From: a bacterium
GTDB lineage: Bacteria > Synergistota > GBS-1
NCBI GenBank assembly: GCA_030153785.1
Contig: JASKLF010000013.1
Coordinates: 1 to 19,300 of the forward strand
DNA length: 19,300 nt
Reading direction: 5' to 3'
The notes beneath the pieces were generated by a model. The model did not search any database, was not told the DNA's origin, and saw only the letters and a program-made list of their open reading frames with translations. Shown here in pieces: positions 1 to 9,135 of the stretch; position 1 is the first letter of the stretch, and each line of letters begins with the position of its first letter. Position numbers and translations under genes: made by a program.

Positions 1-1
1 T

Positions 2-91
2 CCTGTTGCTTTGGAGAAGGGGTTACGTTTTGCTATAAGAGAGGGTGGCAGGACGGTAGGTGCTGGAGTAGTAACAGACATAATTGAATAG
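2..91 (+). CDS. tuf: Elongation factor Tu, C-terminal 29 aa (5' truncated by window)
   Basis: Frame from nt 2 reads PVALEKGLRFAIREGGRTVGAGVVTDIIE*, the conserved EF-Tu C-terminus; not in ORF track. Confidence 0.97.
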   Translation, partial: PVALEKGLRFAIREGGRTVGAGVVTDIIE

Positions 92-107
92 GATAGGGGT
101 GAGTTTT

Positions 108-257
108 GTGGCTGATATCTTGACGCTTGCTTGCTCTGAATGTAAGAGAAGAAATTACACTGTGTTGATGAATAGAAAGGGTAAGCAAGGCCGTTTTGAA
201 ACCAGGAAATATTGTAAATGGTGTAATAGGCATACCCTTCACCGTGAGGTGAAGTGA
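108..257 (+). CDS. rpmG: 50S ribosomal protein L33, Zn-ribbon (C+) form, 49 aa
   Basis: GTG start after AGGGGTGA; MADILTLACSECKRRNY...KYCKWCNRHTLHREVK* with two CxxC pairs; canonical tuf-rpmG-trnW-secE position; not in ORF track. Confidence 0.96.
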   Translation: MADILTLACSECKRRNYTVLMNRKGKQGRFETRKYCKWCNRHTLHREVK

Positions 258-266
258 TGATATAAT
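258..266 (+). promoter_or_regulatory. Putative extended -10 promoter (TGaTATAAT) for tRNA-Trp-secE-nusG
   Basis: Consensus TGn-TATAAT 15 nt upstream of the tRNA-Trp 5' end. Confidence 0.55.
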
Positions 267-281
267 ATACATAGAAGGTGC

Positions 282-359
282 AGGTCCGTAGCTCTAACAG
301 GTTAGAGCACCGGATTCCAAATCCGGGGGTTGCAGGTTCGAGTCCTGCCGGGCCTGCCA
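282..359 (+). tRNA. trnW: tRNA-Trp (CCA)
   Basis: Acceptor AGGTCCG/CGGGCCT, anticodon arm CCGGA-TTCCAAA-TCCGG, GGTTCGAGTCC T-arm, encoded CCA. Confidence 0.97.
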
Positions 360-390
360 TTATTTTATGTGTTTTGGGGGAGATGGACTT

Positions 391-573
391 ATGAATAAAT
401 TTGTGTCTTTCTTGAAAGAAGCGTGGGCAGAGCTTAAGAGAGTAACATGGCCATCGAGGAAACAGGTTATGTATGCTACGCTTACCGTGATAGTGGTAGT
501 TATGCTTGTGGCTGTATATTTGGGTTTTGTGGATATTTTTTGCACATGGATAATGGGAAAGCTGTTGAGGTGA
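391..573 (+). CDS. secE: Preprotein translocase subunit SecE, single-TM type, 60 aa
   Basis: FLKEAWAELKRVTWPSRK motif plus hydrophobic helix; ATG 391 follows GGGGAG, preferred over 367. Confidence 0.95.
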   Translation: MNKFVSFLKEAWAELKRVTWPSRKQVMYATLTVIVVVMLVAVYLGFVDIFCTWIMGKLLR

Positions 574-579
574 AGTTGG

Positions 580-1125
580 GTGGCGATTGAGGGTAAAGGG
601 GAAAAAAAGTGGTATGCAGTTCATACATATGTAGGATATGAAAATAAGGTCAAGGCTAATTTAGAGCAAAGAATAGAAACAATGGGAATGGAGGATAAGA
701 TTTTTAGAGTTCTTGTTCCTGTTGAACAGAGGGTAAGTGTGAAGGGTGGGAAGAAGAAGATTACAAAAAGGAAGGTTTTCCCAGGTTATGTTTTGATAGA
801 GATGATACTAGATGAACAGTCTTATTTCGTGGTTAGAAATACGCCGGGAGTGACGGGTTTTGTTGGCTCCGGGGGGAACCCTATCCCGTTGAGCGAGGAA
901 GAGGTTAAATCTATTCTTCAGCAGATAGGACTGGAAGAAAGGAAGCAAATTAAAATAGATTTGGAGCCGGGAGAAACTGTTAGAATTACAGACGGACCTT
1001 TTGAAGGTTTTGTGGGTGTTGTTAAGGAGATTAGTTCTGAAAGAGGCAAAGTGAAAGTTCTCTTAAGCGTGTTTGGAAGGGAAACTCCTGTGGAAATTGA
1101 TTTTATGCAGTTAGAGAAGATGTAG
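580..1125 (+). CDS. nusG: Transcription termination/antitermination factor NusG
   Basis: KWYAVHTYVGYE, FPGYVLIEM, VRNTPGVTGFVG and KOW motif VRITDGPFEGFVG. Confidence 0.98.
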   Translation: MAIEGKGEKKWYAVHTYVGYENKVKANLEQRIETMGMEDKIFRVLVPVEQRVSVKGGKKKITKRKVFPGYVLIEMILDEQSYFVVRNTPGVTGFVGSGGNPIPLSEEEVKSILQQIGLEERKQIKIDLEPGETVRITDGPFEGFVGVVKEISSERGKVKVLLSVFGRETPVEIDFMQLEKM

Positions 1126-1139
1126 GGGGTGAATAGAGG

Positions 1140-1568
1140 TTGGCAAAGAAGGTTATAGGTGAAATCAAACTTCTTATCCCTGCGGGTAAAGCTACACCTG
1201 CTCCACCAGTGGGTCCTGCCCTTGGTCAGTATGGTGTTAATATTATGGAGTTTTGTAAGGCTTTTAATGCTGCTACAGCAAATCAGGCGGGTATGATAAT
1301 TCCCGTGGTTTTGACCGTTTATTCGGACAGGAGTTTTACCTTTATTTTAAAAACTCCTCCTGCTTCGGTTTTGCTTAAGAAGGCTGCTGGCATAGAGAAA
1401 GGTTCAAGCGAACCTAACAGAAATAAAGTTGGTAAGGTGACAAGGAGCCAGTTAAGGGAAATTGCGCAAATCAAGATGCCTGATTTGAATACGGATGATA
1501 TAGAAGCTGCGATGAGGATAGTTGAGGGCACGGCAAGAAGCATGGGGATAGAGATAGTAGAAGGTTAG
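1140..1568 (+). CDS. rplK: 50S ribosomal protein L11
   Basis: [36 protein letters not shown] start. Confidence 0.98.
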   Translation: MAKKVIGEIKLLIPAGKATPAPPVGPALGQYGVNIMEFCKAFNAATANQAGMIIPVVLTVYSDRSFTFILKTPPASVLLKKAAGIEKGSSEPNRNKVGKVTRSQLREIAQIKMPDLNTDDIEAAMRIVEGTARSMGIEIVEG

Positions 1569-1577
1569 AATAATTTT

Positions 1578-1611
1578 GTGGGAGAGCCTTTTAGGGCTCG
1601 GTAAAGACCAC
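1578..1611 (+). promoter_or_regulatory. Putative L1-binding autoregulatory RNA structure before rplA
   Basis: Outer stem GTGG/CCAC with GGGAG bulge, inner stem GAGCC/GGCTC, directly 5' of the rplA SD GAGGAGG; resembles rplK-rplA intergenic L1 sites. Confidence 0.65.
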
Positions 1612-1626
1612 GAGGAGGGATGATTA

Positions 1627-2340
1627 ATGGCGCGTAGGGGGAAAAGGTATATAGCTTTAAAGGAGATGGTAGAAAGGGGAAAGCTTTACTCTCCAAAGGA
1701 AGCTATTTCCTTAGTTAAGAAGCTTGCTAATGCCAAGTTCAACGAAAGCATTGATGTAGCTGTAAGGCTTGGTGTTGACCCAAGGCATGCAGATCAGCAA
1801 GTTAGAGGAACCGCTTTGCTACCTCATGGTACGGGGAAGGAAAAAAGGGTTCTTGTTTTCGCGCAGGGTGAAAAGGCTGATGAGGCTAAGGCAGCAGGTG
1901 CTGACTACGTGGGGGGATTGGAACTGATAGAAAAGATTCAGAATGAAGGATGGTTGGATTTTGATGTTACTATTGCAACTCCTGATATGATGCGCCATGT
2001 TAGCAGGTTAGGTAAAATCTTGGGGCCGAGGGGTTTGATGCCGAGTCCCAAGACGGGGACAGTAACTAATGATGTAGGAACTGCTGTCAAGGAGATAAAG
2101 AGTGGTAGGATAGAGTTTAAAGTTGATAGATACGGGATTATTCATGCTCCTATAGGTAGGGCTTCCTTTTCGGAGGATCAGCTTTATGAGAATTTTCAGG
2201 CTTTGCTTTCTGCTATAATAAAGGCAAAGCCTGCAGCTGCTAAAGGGCAGTACATTAGGAGTATAGCTGTTTCTCCTACAATGGGTCCAAGTGTGAAGGT
2301 TGATCCCAATGTGGCTCAAAGAGAGTTAACGGTAGAATAA
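1627..2340 (+). CDS. rplA: 50S ribosomal protein L1
   Basis: [45 protein letters not shown]. Confidence 0.98.
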   Translation: MARRGKRYIALKEMVERGKLYSPKEAISLVKKLANAKFNESIDVAVRLGVDPRHADQQVRGTALLPHGTGKEKRVLVFAQGEKADEAKAAGADYVGGLELIEKIQNEGWLDFDVTIATPDMMRHVSRLGKILGPRGLMPSPKTGTVTNDVGTAVKEIKSGRIEFKVDRYGIIHAPIGRASFSEDQLYENFQALLSAIIKAKPAAAKGQYIRSIAVSPTMGPSVKVDPNVAQRELTVE

Positions 2341-2363
2341 ATTTCTTTTTGTATAACTATTAA

Positions 2364-2424
2364 GGCCTGAGACCGTAGGTGGTGTAGACCTTAAAGGGCC
2401 GGTATAGGCTCGCCTACCGAGGCT
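2364..2424 (+). promoter_or_regulatory. L10 leader (L10(L12)n-binding RNA)
   Basis: GCCTGAGACCGTAGGT...TTAA...GCCTACCGAGGC matches the L10-leader pattern, within the 182-nt rplA-rplJ spacer. Confidence 0.85.
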
Positions 2425-2464
2425 GTGGTTGTAAAAGGGGAATTTTATGTATTGTCTTGAATTG

Positions 2465-2499
2465 GAATCCCCTGGTCTCGGGCCAGGGGATTCTCTTTT
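2465..2499 (+). terminator. Attenuator-type intrinsic terminator in the rplJ leader
   Basis: 11-bp stem GAATCCCCTGG/CCAGGGGATTC followed by TCTTTT, upstream of the rplJ SD. Confidence 0.65.
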
Positions 2500-2522
2500 A
2501 TTGGCTGGAAGGGGGTGAATAG

Positions 2523-3056
2523 ATGAGAAAAGGTCCGAGACCTGAAAAGGTTGAATGGGTTGCTAAGATGGCCGAAGCTTTGAAGGGATGCACAGCTACT
2601 TTCTTTACAAGCTTTCATGGCTTAAGCACGCCAGAGCTCAATAATATTAGAAATGAGCTTAAAAAGACGGGAGCCTATTTCCATGTGATTAAGAATAATC
2701 TGGCTAAAAGGGCTTTTGTAGAAGCGGGCTATGATATTAACGAAGACATGTTTAGGGGAGATAACGCCCTTGCGATTTCTTATTCCGACCCTGTTGAGGT
2801 CGCTAAGATACTTAAGAAGCATGCCGAGCAATTGGAGAAGTTCTTAATTAAGGGTGGGTATCTTGGAAAAGAGTTTATAACTCCAGATCAAATTAAAAAG
2901 CTGGCGGAACTTCCGCCTAAGCCACAATTGGTGGCAAAACTTCTTGGCACCCTGAATGCTCCTATTCAGGGGCTTGTTAATGTTCTGAATGGGGTTCCAA
3001 GAAATTTAGTTTATGCTCTTAATGCTATAAAAGAGAAGAAGGAGAAGGAGGGATAA
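2523..3056 (+). CDS. rplJ: 50S ribosomal protein L10
   Basis: HVIKNNLAKRAF, IKGGYL, LAELPPK..L.AKLLGTLNAP; position between rplA and rplL. Confidence 0.96.
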   Translation: MRKGPRPEKVEWVAKMAEALKGCTATFFTSFHGLSTPELNNIRNELKKTGAYFHVIKNNLAKRAFVEAGYDINEDMFRGDNALAISYSDPVEVAKILKKHAEQLEKFLIKGGYLGKEFITPDQIKKLAELPPKPQLVAKLLGTLNAPIQGLVNVLNGVPRNLVYALNAIKEKKEKEG

Positions 3057-3059
3057 GTT

Positions 3060-3446
3060 ATGACTAAAGAGGAAATAATTCAAGCAATTGAGAATATGAC
3101 TGTATTGGAGCTTGCTGAGCTTGTTAAGGCTTTGGAAGAGAAGTTTGGAGTTTCTGCTGCCGCTCCGGTGGCTGTTGCTGCTCCTATGGTAGCTGCTGCG
3201 GGAGCCCCTGCGGCTGAAGCTGCAGCTGAAGAGAAGACGGAATTTAAAGTAGTCCTTAAAGATGCTGGTGCAAACAAGATCCAGGTTATAAAGGTAGTAA
3301 GACAGTTTACCGATCTTGGTCTTAAGGAAGCCAAAGAATTGGTTGAGAAGGCACCTTCCGTCGTTAAAGAAGGCCTTTCCAAAGAAGAGGCTGAGGAAAT
3401 TAAGAAGAAACTCGAAGAAGTCGGCGCGAAGGTCGATTTGGAATAG
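3060..3446 (+). CDS. rplL: 50S ribosomal protein L7/L12
   Basis: [55 protein letters not shown]. Confidence 0.98.
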   Translation: MTKEEIIQAIENMTVLELAELVKALEEKFGVSAAAPVAVAAPMVAAAGAPAAEAAAEEKTEFKVVLKDAGANKIQVIKVVRQFTDLGLKEAKELVEKAPSVVKEGLSKEEAEEIKKKLEEVGAKVDLE

Positions 3447-3476
3447 GAGCGGTGCAGGGCCTGCCCGCTCCTTTTT
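3446..3476 (+). terminator. Intrinsic terminator after rplL
   Basis: GGAGCGG(T)GCAG...CTGC-CCGCTCC stem followed by TTTTT. Confidence 0.8.
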
Positions 3477-3485
3477 GATTTTGTA

Positions 3486-4162
3486 ATGCATAGGTGGGAT
3501 TTGACGCCAGAAGAGGCAATAAGACTCCAAAACGAGCTCAAAAGCAAAATAGACCTTACTAATAGGGTTGATATTTCCAAGGTCAAGTTAATCGCTTCTT
3601 CAGATCTGGCTTATGATGGGGATATTGGATATGCAGTTATACTCCTTTATTCCTATCCAAGTCTTGATCTTCTGGAAATAGTAAGTGTGAGGAAAAAGTC
3701 TCTTTTCCATATATTCCTGGACTCCTTGCTTTCAGGGAAATGCCCCTTCTGATTGATGCCTCAGCTAAACTTAAGGAAAAACCAGATATTTGGTTGATTG
3801 ATGGCGCAGGCTTAGCCCATCCGAGAAGAATGGGAATAGCCACCCACTTTGGAATTTATATGAATATACCCACGGTTGGATGTGCTAAATCTCATCTTTA
3901 CGGTAAATTTAAGGAGCCAGCGCCTAAAAAGGGGAGTTTTAGCTACATTTACGACAAAGATGAGGTAATAGGTGCCGTATTGAGAACGAAAGACAATGTC
4001 AAGCCTATTTTTGTTTCTGTTGGGTATGCTGTAAGCCTTGACATTGCTATAGATTTGGTTTTGTCTTGCTGTGACGGATATAGAATCCCTAAACCGTTAA
4101 GAGAAGCACACAACACCATTGAGAGGATAAAACGGGAAGCAAAAGATGCTAAACTCTTTTAG
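3486..4162 (+). pseudogene. nfi: Endonuclease V split by a -1 frameshift at about 3693-3698 (225 aa if joined)
   Basis: 5' part HRWDLTPEEAIRLQNEL...SSDLAY; -1 frame from about 3698 gives VSFPYIPGLLAFREMP...LIDGAGLAHPRRMGIATH...GCAKS...RIPKPLREAH; one extra A in the A5 run restores a single ORF. Confidence 0.88.
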
Positions 4163-5434
<1,272 letters not shown>

Positions 5435-5437
5435 GTT

Positions 5438-6109
5438 TTGACGGGGACTTTGGTAAATACGGTTGCTGTGCTTGTGGGAAGCTCTCTTGGATTGGCTCTT
5501 AAAAGACAGATACCTGAGAACGTTAGAACGGCCATGCTTCAAGCTTTAGGCCTTTCTACCTTACTCATAGGTATAAAAATGGGTTTTGAGGGAAAAGAGC
5601 TACTATTAGTTATACTTTCTCTTGTAATAGGTGGAGCGATAGGCACATGGTGTAATCTGGAGTATAGGATAGAGGGTATAGGAAGGTTTTTCGAAAGAAA
5701 GCTTCAGAGAGAGGATATAGTAAAAGGATGGCTCACATCTACCTTAATATTTTGTGTAGGGCCTATGACAGTTTTAGGTTGTTTTCAAGATGGGTTGATG
5801 GGTAATCCTGAAATTTTGTTTCTGAAGTCTTTGCTTGACTTTGTTACCTCTATAATGCTCGCCTCTACATTAGGGTTTGGCGTTTTACTTTCTACCCTTT
5901 CTGTTTTGGTTATCCAGGGCACTTTGACGCTTTTTGCGTCACAACTGTACTTTTTAAAGGAAGAGTTTATTTTGGGTAATTTCACCGCAACGGGAGGCAT
6001 AATGATTTTGGCTATAGGCTTCAGACTTCTTGCCCTGAAGGACATAAAAGTTGGAGATTTCTTACCTGCTTTGTTGGTTTCTCCTTTAATAAGCTTTTTC
6101 TGGAAGTGA
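5438..6109 (+). CDS. DUF554 (YdfK-like) membrane protein
   Basis: MTGTLVN..AVLVGS, LIFCVGPMTVLG, KSLLD, LASTLGFGV, LPALL motifs; multiple TM segments. Confidence 0.85.
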   Translation: MTGTLVNTVAVLVGSSLGLALKRQIPENVRTAMLQALGLSTLLIGIKMGFEGKELLLVILSLVIGGAIGTWCNLEYRIEGIGRFFERKLQREDIVKGWLTSTLIFCVGPMTVLGCFQDGLMGNPEILFLKSLLDFVTSIMLASTLGFGVLLSTLSVLVIQGTLTLFASQLYFLKEEFILGNFTATGGIMILAIGFRLLALKDIKVGDFLPALLVSPLISFFWK

Positions 6110-7027
6110 TAATATATTCGCTATGAGCTTTTCCAAAAGCTTTCTCCTTAAGATAGACTGCTTAATGTAAAGTTTTGTTCTCATTCGTTCCTTTTCCCAA
6201 AAGGCTTTTTCTTCTGGTTCATGTGCTTTTCTCTCGAGGCTTCTTATCGTAGACAAGCTTACTTTAAACTTCTCATAGTTCCTTAGATAGGAGACGGCAG
6301 ATTCTAACAAAAAAGTTCCGTTTCTAATAAAATCACTCATTCCTATCGTTTTTAAAAGCATAGCTTGATTAGGAGTTATAGAGACTGATTTGTGATTCGG
6401 GAGTTTCCCTTCAAGCTCTTCTTTTGGAAGAGCTTTGACTTTAAAATTGAAAAGTCTTAGGAGCTTAAGCAGAGTTGGCAGGGCTTTAACCGTACTGGGG
6501 CAAGAATGCATAAGGACTATACTTTTATCCCAACCCAACAGTAGAATTTGGGATATTAGGGAGAACCTACTTCTTCCTTCAAAATCGAGGGTGTTTATGT
6601 CCCAGAATACAGCTTTAAAGCCAAGACTGTCAAGAGCTTTTTCTATCTCCTTGGATATTCGACCTCCCGGTGGTCTATAAATCCTTGTGAAATATCCGAT
6701 TTTTTCAGCAAGGACTATTTCAGCTCTTATGATATCTTCTATTCCCTCTTTTATGTTTTTCTTTGCTAAGCTTTCGTGGCTAAAGGAATGGTTTCCTATC
6801 GTATGTCCTTTTTGGGCTAACTCCTTAGTAAACTTTCCGTAGTAAACAACCTTTTCCCCAACTAAGAAGAAGGTCCCTCTGGCTTGGTTTTCTTCAAGTG
6901 TTTTTGCTATTTCCATTGTGTATGGGGATATGGGGCCATCATCGAATGTTAGAAATATTTCCTTTTCCTTTAGAATAGGAACAAGGGAAAATCCTAAGAG
7001 GATAAAGAGCCATAAGTAGTTTTTCAT
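6086..7027 (-). CDS. Polysaccharide deacetylase (NodB/CE4) with N-terminal membrane anchor and C-terminal extension, 313 aa
   Basis: LTFDDGP, GTFFLVG, IGNHSFSH, YRPPGG, WDINTLDF, IVLMH; start ATG 7027 because the longer ORF overlaps tRNA-Ser. Confidence 0.88.
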   Translation of the reverse strand: MKNYLWLFILLGFSLVPILKEKEIFLTFDDGPISPYTMEIAKTLEENQARGTFFLVGEKVVYYGKFTKELAQKGHTIGNHSFSHESLAKKNIKEGIEDIIRAEIVLAEKIGYFTRIYRPPGGRISKEIEKALDSLGFKAVFWDINTLDFEGRSRFSLISQILLLGWDKSIVLMHSCPSTVKALPTLLKLLRLFNFKVKALPKEELEGKLPNHKSVSITPNQAMLLKTIGMSDFIRNGTFLLESAVSYLRNYEKFKVSLSTIRSLERKAHEPEEKAFWEKERMRTKLYIKQSILRRKLLEKLIANILSLPEKAY

Positions 7028-7054
7028 TCTTGCATCCTTCGATTTAAAAAACAA

Positions 7055-7146
7055 TGGCGGAGAGGGTGGGACTCGAACCCACATCGCCCGTTTGAGGGCT
7101 TACCGGATTTCAAGTCCGGCTCCTTATCCAGTTCGGACACCTCTCC
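7055..7146 (-). tRNA. trnS: tRNA-Ser (TGA)
   Basis: Reverse complement GGAGAGG...CCGGA-CTTGAAA-TCCGG, long variable arm GCCC/GGGC, GGTTCGAGTCC, CCTCTCC-G-CCA. Confidence 0.96.
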
Positions 7147-7155
7147 GCTACTTAT

Positions 7156-7183
7156 ATTATACCAAAAATTCTTGTGATATAAT
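7156..7183. promoter_or_regulatory. Back-to-back extended -10 promoters for tRNA-Ser (-) and the aminotransferase (+)
   Basis: Minus strand TGGTATAAT (7164-7156); plus strand TGATATAAT (7175-7183). Confidence 0.6.
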
Positions 7184-7220
7184 GAAGTCGGTAGTTGAAA
7201 AAATCAAGGGGGGGATAGGA

Positions 7221-8429
7221 ATGAACTGGGAGAGTAGGCTGTCTACGATCGGTAAAGAGCTTAGGCCTTCTGCTATTCGTGAGCTTCTTTCTTTGGCGAA
7301 GAAGCCTGGTGTCATATCTTTTGCTGGTGGTTTGCCTGACCCGAGAATCTTCCCTGGAGAGAAGTTTGTAGAAATTGCTCAGCTTGTTAAGGACTATGCT
7401 AATACCGCTTTACAGTATGGTAAGACGGAGGGGCTCGATGAGCTTGTGGACTTTGTTGCTGAATGGTGTAGTAAAAGATACGGCTTTTCTGTATCTCGCG
7501 AGAATGTTGTTATAGTTAATGGTTCTCAGCAGGCAATGGATGTTATAGGTAAGGTTTTCATCGACTATGGAGATCATGTTTATATCGAAGCCCCTACTTA
7601 TGTAGGCACTTTAGTGGCTTTTAGGAATTGTGGTGCTCGATTTGTAGGAATACCTATGGATGAAAATGGGATGATTGTGGATCTTCTTGAGGAGGACGTT
7701 AAAAAGAGAATAAAGGAAAATCTTCCCATGCCAAAGTTCGTTTATGTTATCCCAAACTTCCAAAATCCTTCTGGTAGAGTTCTTTCTCTTGAGAGAAGAA
7801 GAAGGCTTTACGAAATAGCGGAAAAGTATGACTTGGTTATTATTGAAGACGATGCCTATGGCGAAATATATTACGATGAAAAGCCACCAGCACATATAAA
7901 AAGTATGGATACTTCGAATAGGGTTATCTACTGTGGGAGCTTCTCTAAAATATTGGCTCCTGGCATGAGAGTTGGTTGGATTATTGGTGATAAAGATATT
8001 ATAAGAAAGTTTGTAATGGCGAAGCAGGGTATGGACCTATCTACTAGCATATTTGCACAGTTTTTCATTGCAGAATTCTGCAAAAGGGGATGGCTTGAGC
8101 CTCAGATAGAGCTTATAAGGAAGCATTACAGTGGCAAGCGTAATGTCATGGAAAATGCCATAGATGAGTATTTCCCGAAGGGAACGAAGTATTCTCGCCC
8201 TGGTGGAGGATTTTTCTACTGGGTCCAGGTAGAAGGGGTTGATACTACAGAGATATTCAAGATAGCGGTGGAAAAGTATAACGTTGCCTATGTGGTTGGA
8301 AGCGCTTTTTATCCTTACGGCGAAAGAAATGACGAGATGAGAATAAACTTTACCTATCCTTCAGAAGAAGAAATTAAGGAAGGTATAAGAAGGTTAGGTG
8401 CCGCTATTAAGGATAGTTTAGAAGGTTGA
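7221..8429 (+). CDS. PLP-dependent class I/II aminotransferase (LysN/aromatic aminotransferase-like), 402 aa
   Basis: SAIRELL, ISFAGGLP, NGSQQAMD, YVIPNFQNPSG, IIEDDAY, GSFSKILAPGMRVGW (PLP Lys); ATG 7221 after G-rich SD. Confidence 0.9.
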   Translation: MNWESRLSTIGKELRPSAIRELLSLAKKPGVISFAGGLPDPRIFPGEKFVEIAQLVKDYANTALQYGKTEGLDELVDFVAEWCSKRYGFSVSRENVVIVNGSQQAMDVIGKVFIDYGDHVYIEAPTYVGTLVAFRNCGARFVGIPMDENGMIVDLLEEDVKKRIKENLPMPKFVYVIPNFQNPSGRVLSLERRRRLYEIAEKYDLVIIEDDAYGEIYYDEKPPAHIKSMDTSNRVIYCGSFSKILAPGMRVGWIIGDKDIIRKFVMAKQGMDLSTSIFAQFFIAEFCKRGWLEPQIELIRKHYSGKRNVMENAIDEYFPKGTKYSRPGGGFFYWVQVEGVDTTEIFKIAVEKYNVAYVVGSAFYPYGERNDEMRINFTYPSEEEIKEGIRRLGAAIKDSLEG

Positions 8430-9021
8430 GTGAGAACCGAAGGTTATCAAAGTGATTTATTGAAAAGTTATCCCAAAAGACGCAAGTCCCTAAAAGGATA
8501 AATTCTCCTTTTCCATAAATGGCACGTGCTCCCAAAATTTGCGAAGGGGGAGAAGATGAGCTCTCACTTATAATAAAGGGCTCGGCTTTTCCCCCTGTAA
8601 TTTCTATAGGAGCTACACAGGGCATTAAAACCTTTTCAACGCCGTTATTAAAGTTCGTAACATTTCCTGTTACTACAAGATAGGGGTCTCCATTTAAAGA
8701 ATTTTCATTATCCATGACTGACGAAGGTAGCATTTTTAGACCAAAAGGTTTTGAAAGTTCATTTAGCAGAGATGCCACGTTATCCTCGTTCATATAATAT
8801 CCCAAAGCTATGACTCTCCTTCCTTCTTCGACAAGCGATATTATTTCTTCTATTTCCTCTTCAGTGAACGGTTTTTCTGGGTAGTTAAACACGATTACTT
8901 TACATTCCCTGGCTTCTTTTAGGGAATTTACTAACTTGTATTTGATAGCTCTTTTTAGAATTGAAAAATAATAGTGGTCTTCAATTGTAAACTCTTGATG
9001 AAATACGCTCCATCCTATCAT
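8407..9021 (-). CDS. Hypothetical protein, possibly DUF4350/GldG-like (class I GATase-like fold)
   Basis: 204-aa ORF with SD GGAGGG; pattern PEKPFTEEEIEEI..LVEEG, LNEL..PFGL, YGKGEFILLG, FDNLRF.LNL. Confidence 0.55.
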   Translation of the reverse strand: MIGWSVFHQEFTIEDHYYFSILKRAIKYKLVNSLKEARECKVIVFNYPEKPFTEEEIEEIISLVEEGRRVIALGYYMNEDNVASLLNELSKPFGLKMLPSSVMDNENSLNGDPYLVVTGNVTNFNNGVEKVLMPCVAPIEITGGKAEPFIISESSSSPPSQILGARAIYGKGEFILLGTCVFWDNFSINHFDNLRFSLNLLNYP

Positions 9022-9056
9022 GAGTTTCCCTCCTTTGCCTTCTTTGCTCCTCTTAA

Positions 9057-9065
9057 ATTATAACA
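9057..9065 (-). promoter_or_regulatory. Putative extended -10 promoter (TGTTATAAT) for the 8407-9021 gene
   Basis: Consensus TGn-TATAAT on the minus strand about 35 nt upstream of the start. Confidence 0.45.
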
Positions 9066-9135
9066 TCTTTTCAAAACGGGGGTAGTATAGTAAAATTTAT
9101 ATGTTAATAAGCAAAATACGGAGGAGGGATCGGAA

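Noticed and set aside
3006..3586. Long antisense ORFs (174 and 168 aa) over rplL
   Set aside because: Shadow ORFs of a highly biased gene; no SD or recognisable motif
7055..7146. tRNA with long variable arm and TTCAA on the + strand as a possible tRNA-Sec
   Set aside because: On the coding (-) strand the anticodon is TGA (Ser), with a normal 7-bp acceptor stem
7028..7220. N-terminal extensions of ORFs 6086-7084 and 7092-8429
   Set aside because: They overlap tRNA-Ser; better starts at 7027 (-) and 7221 (+)
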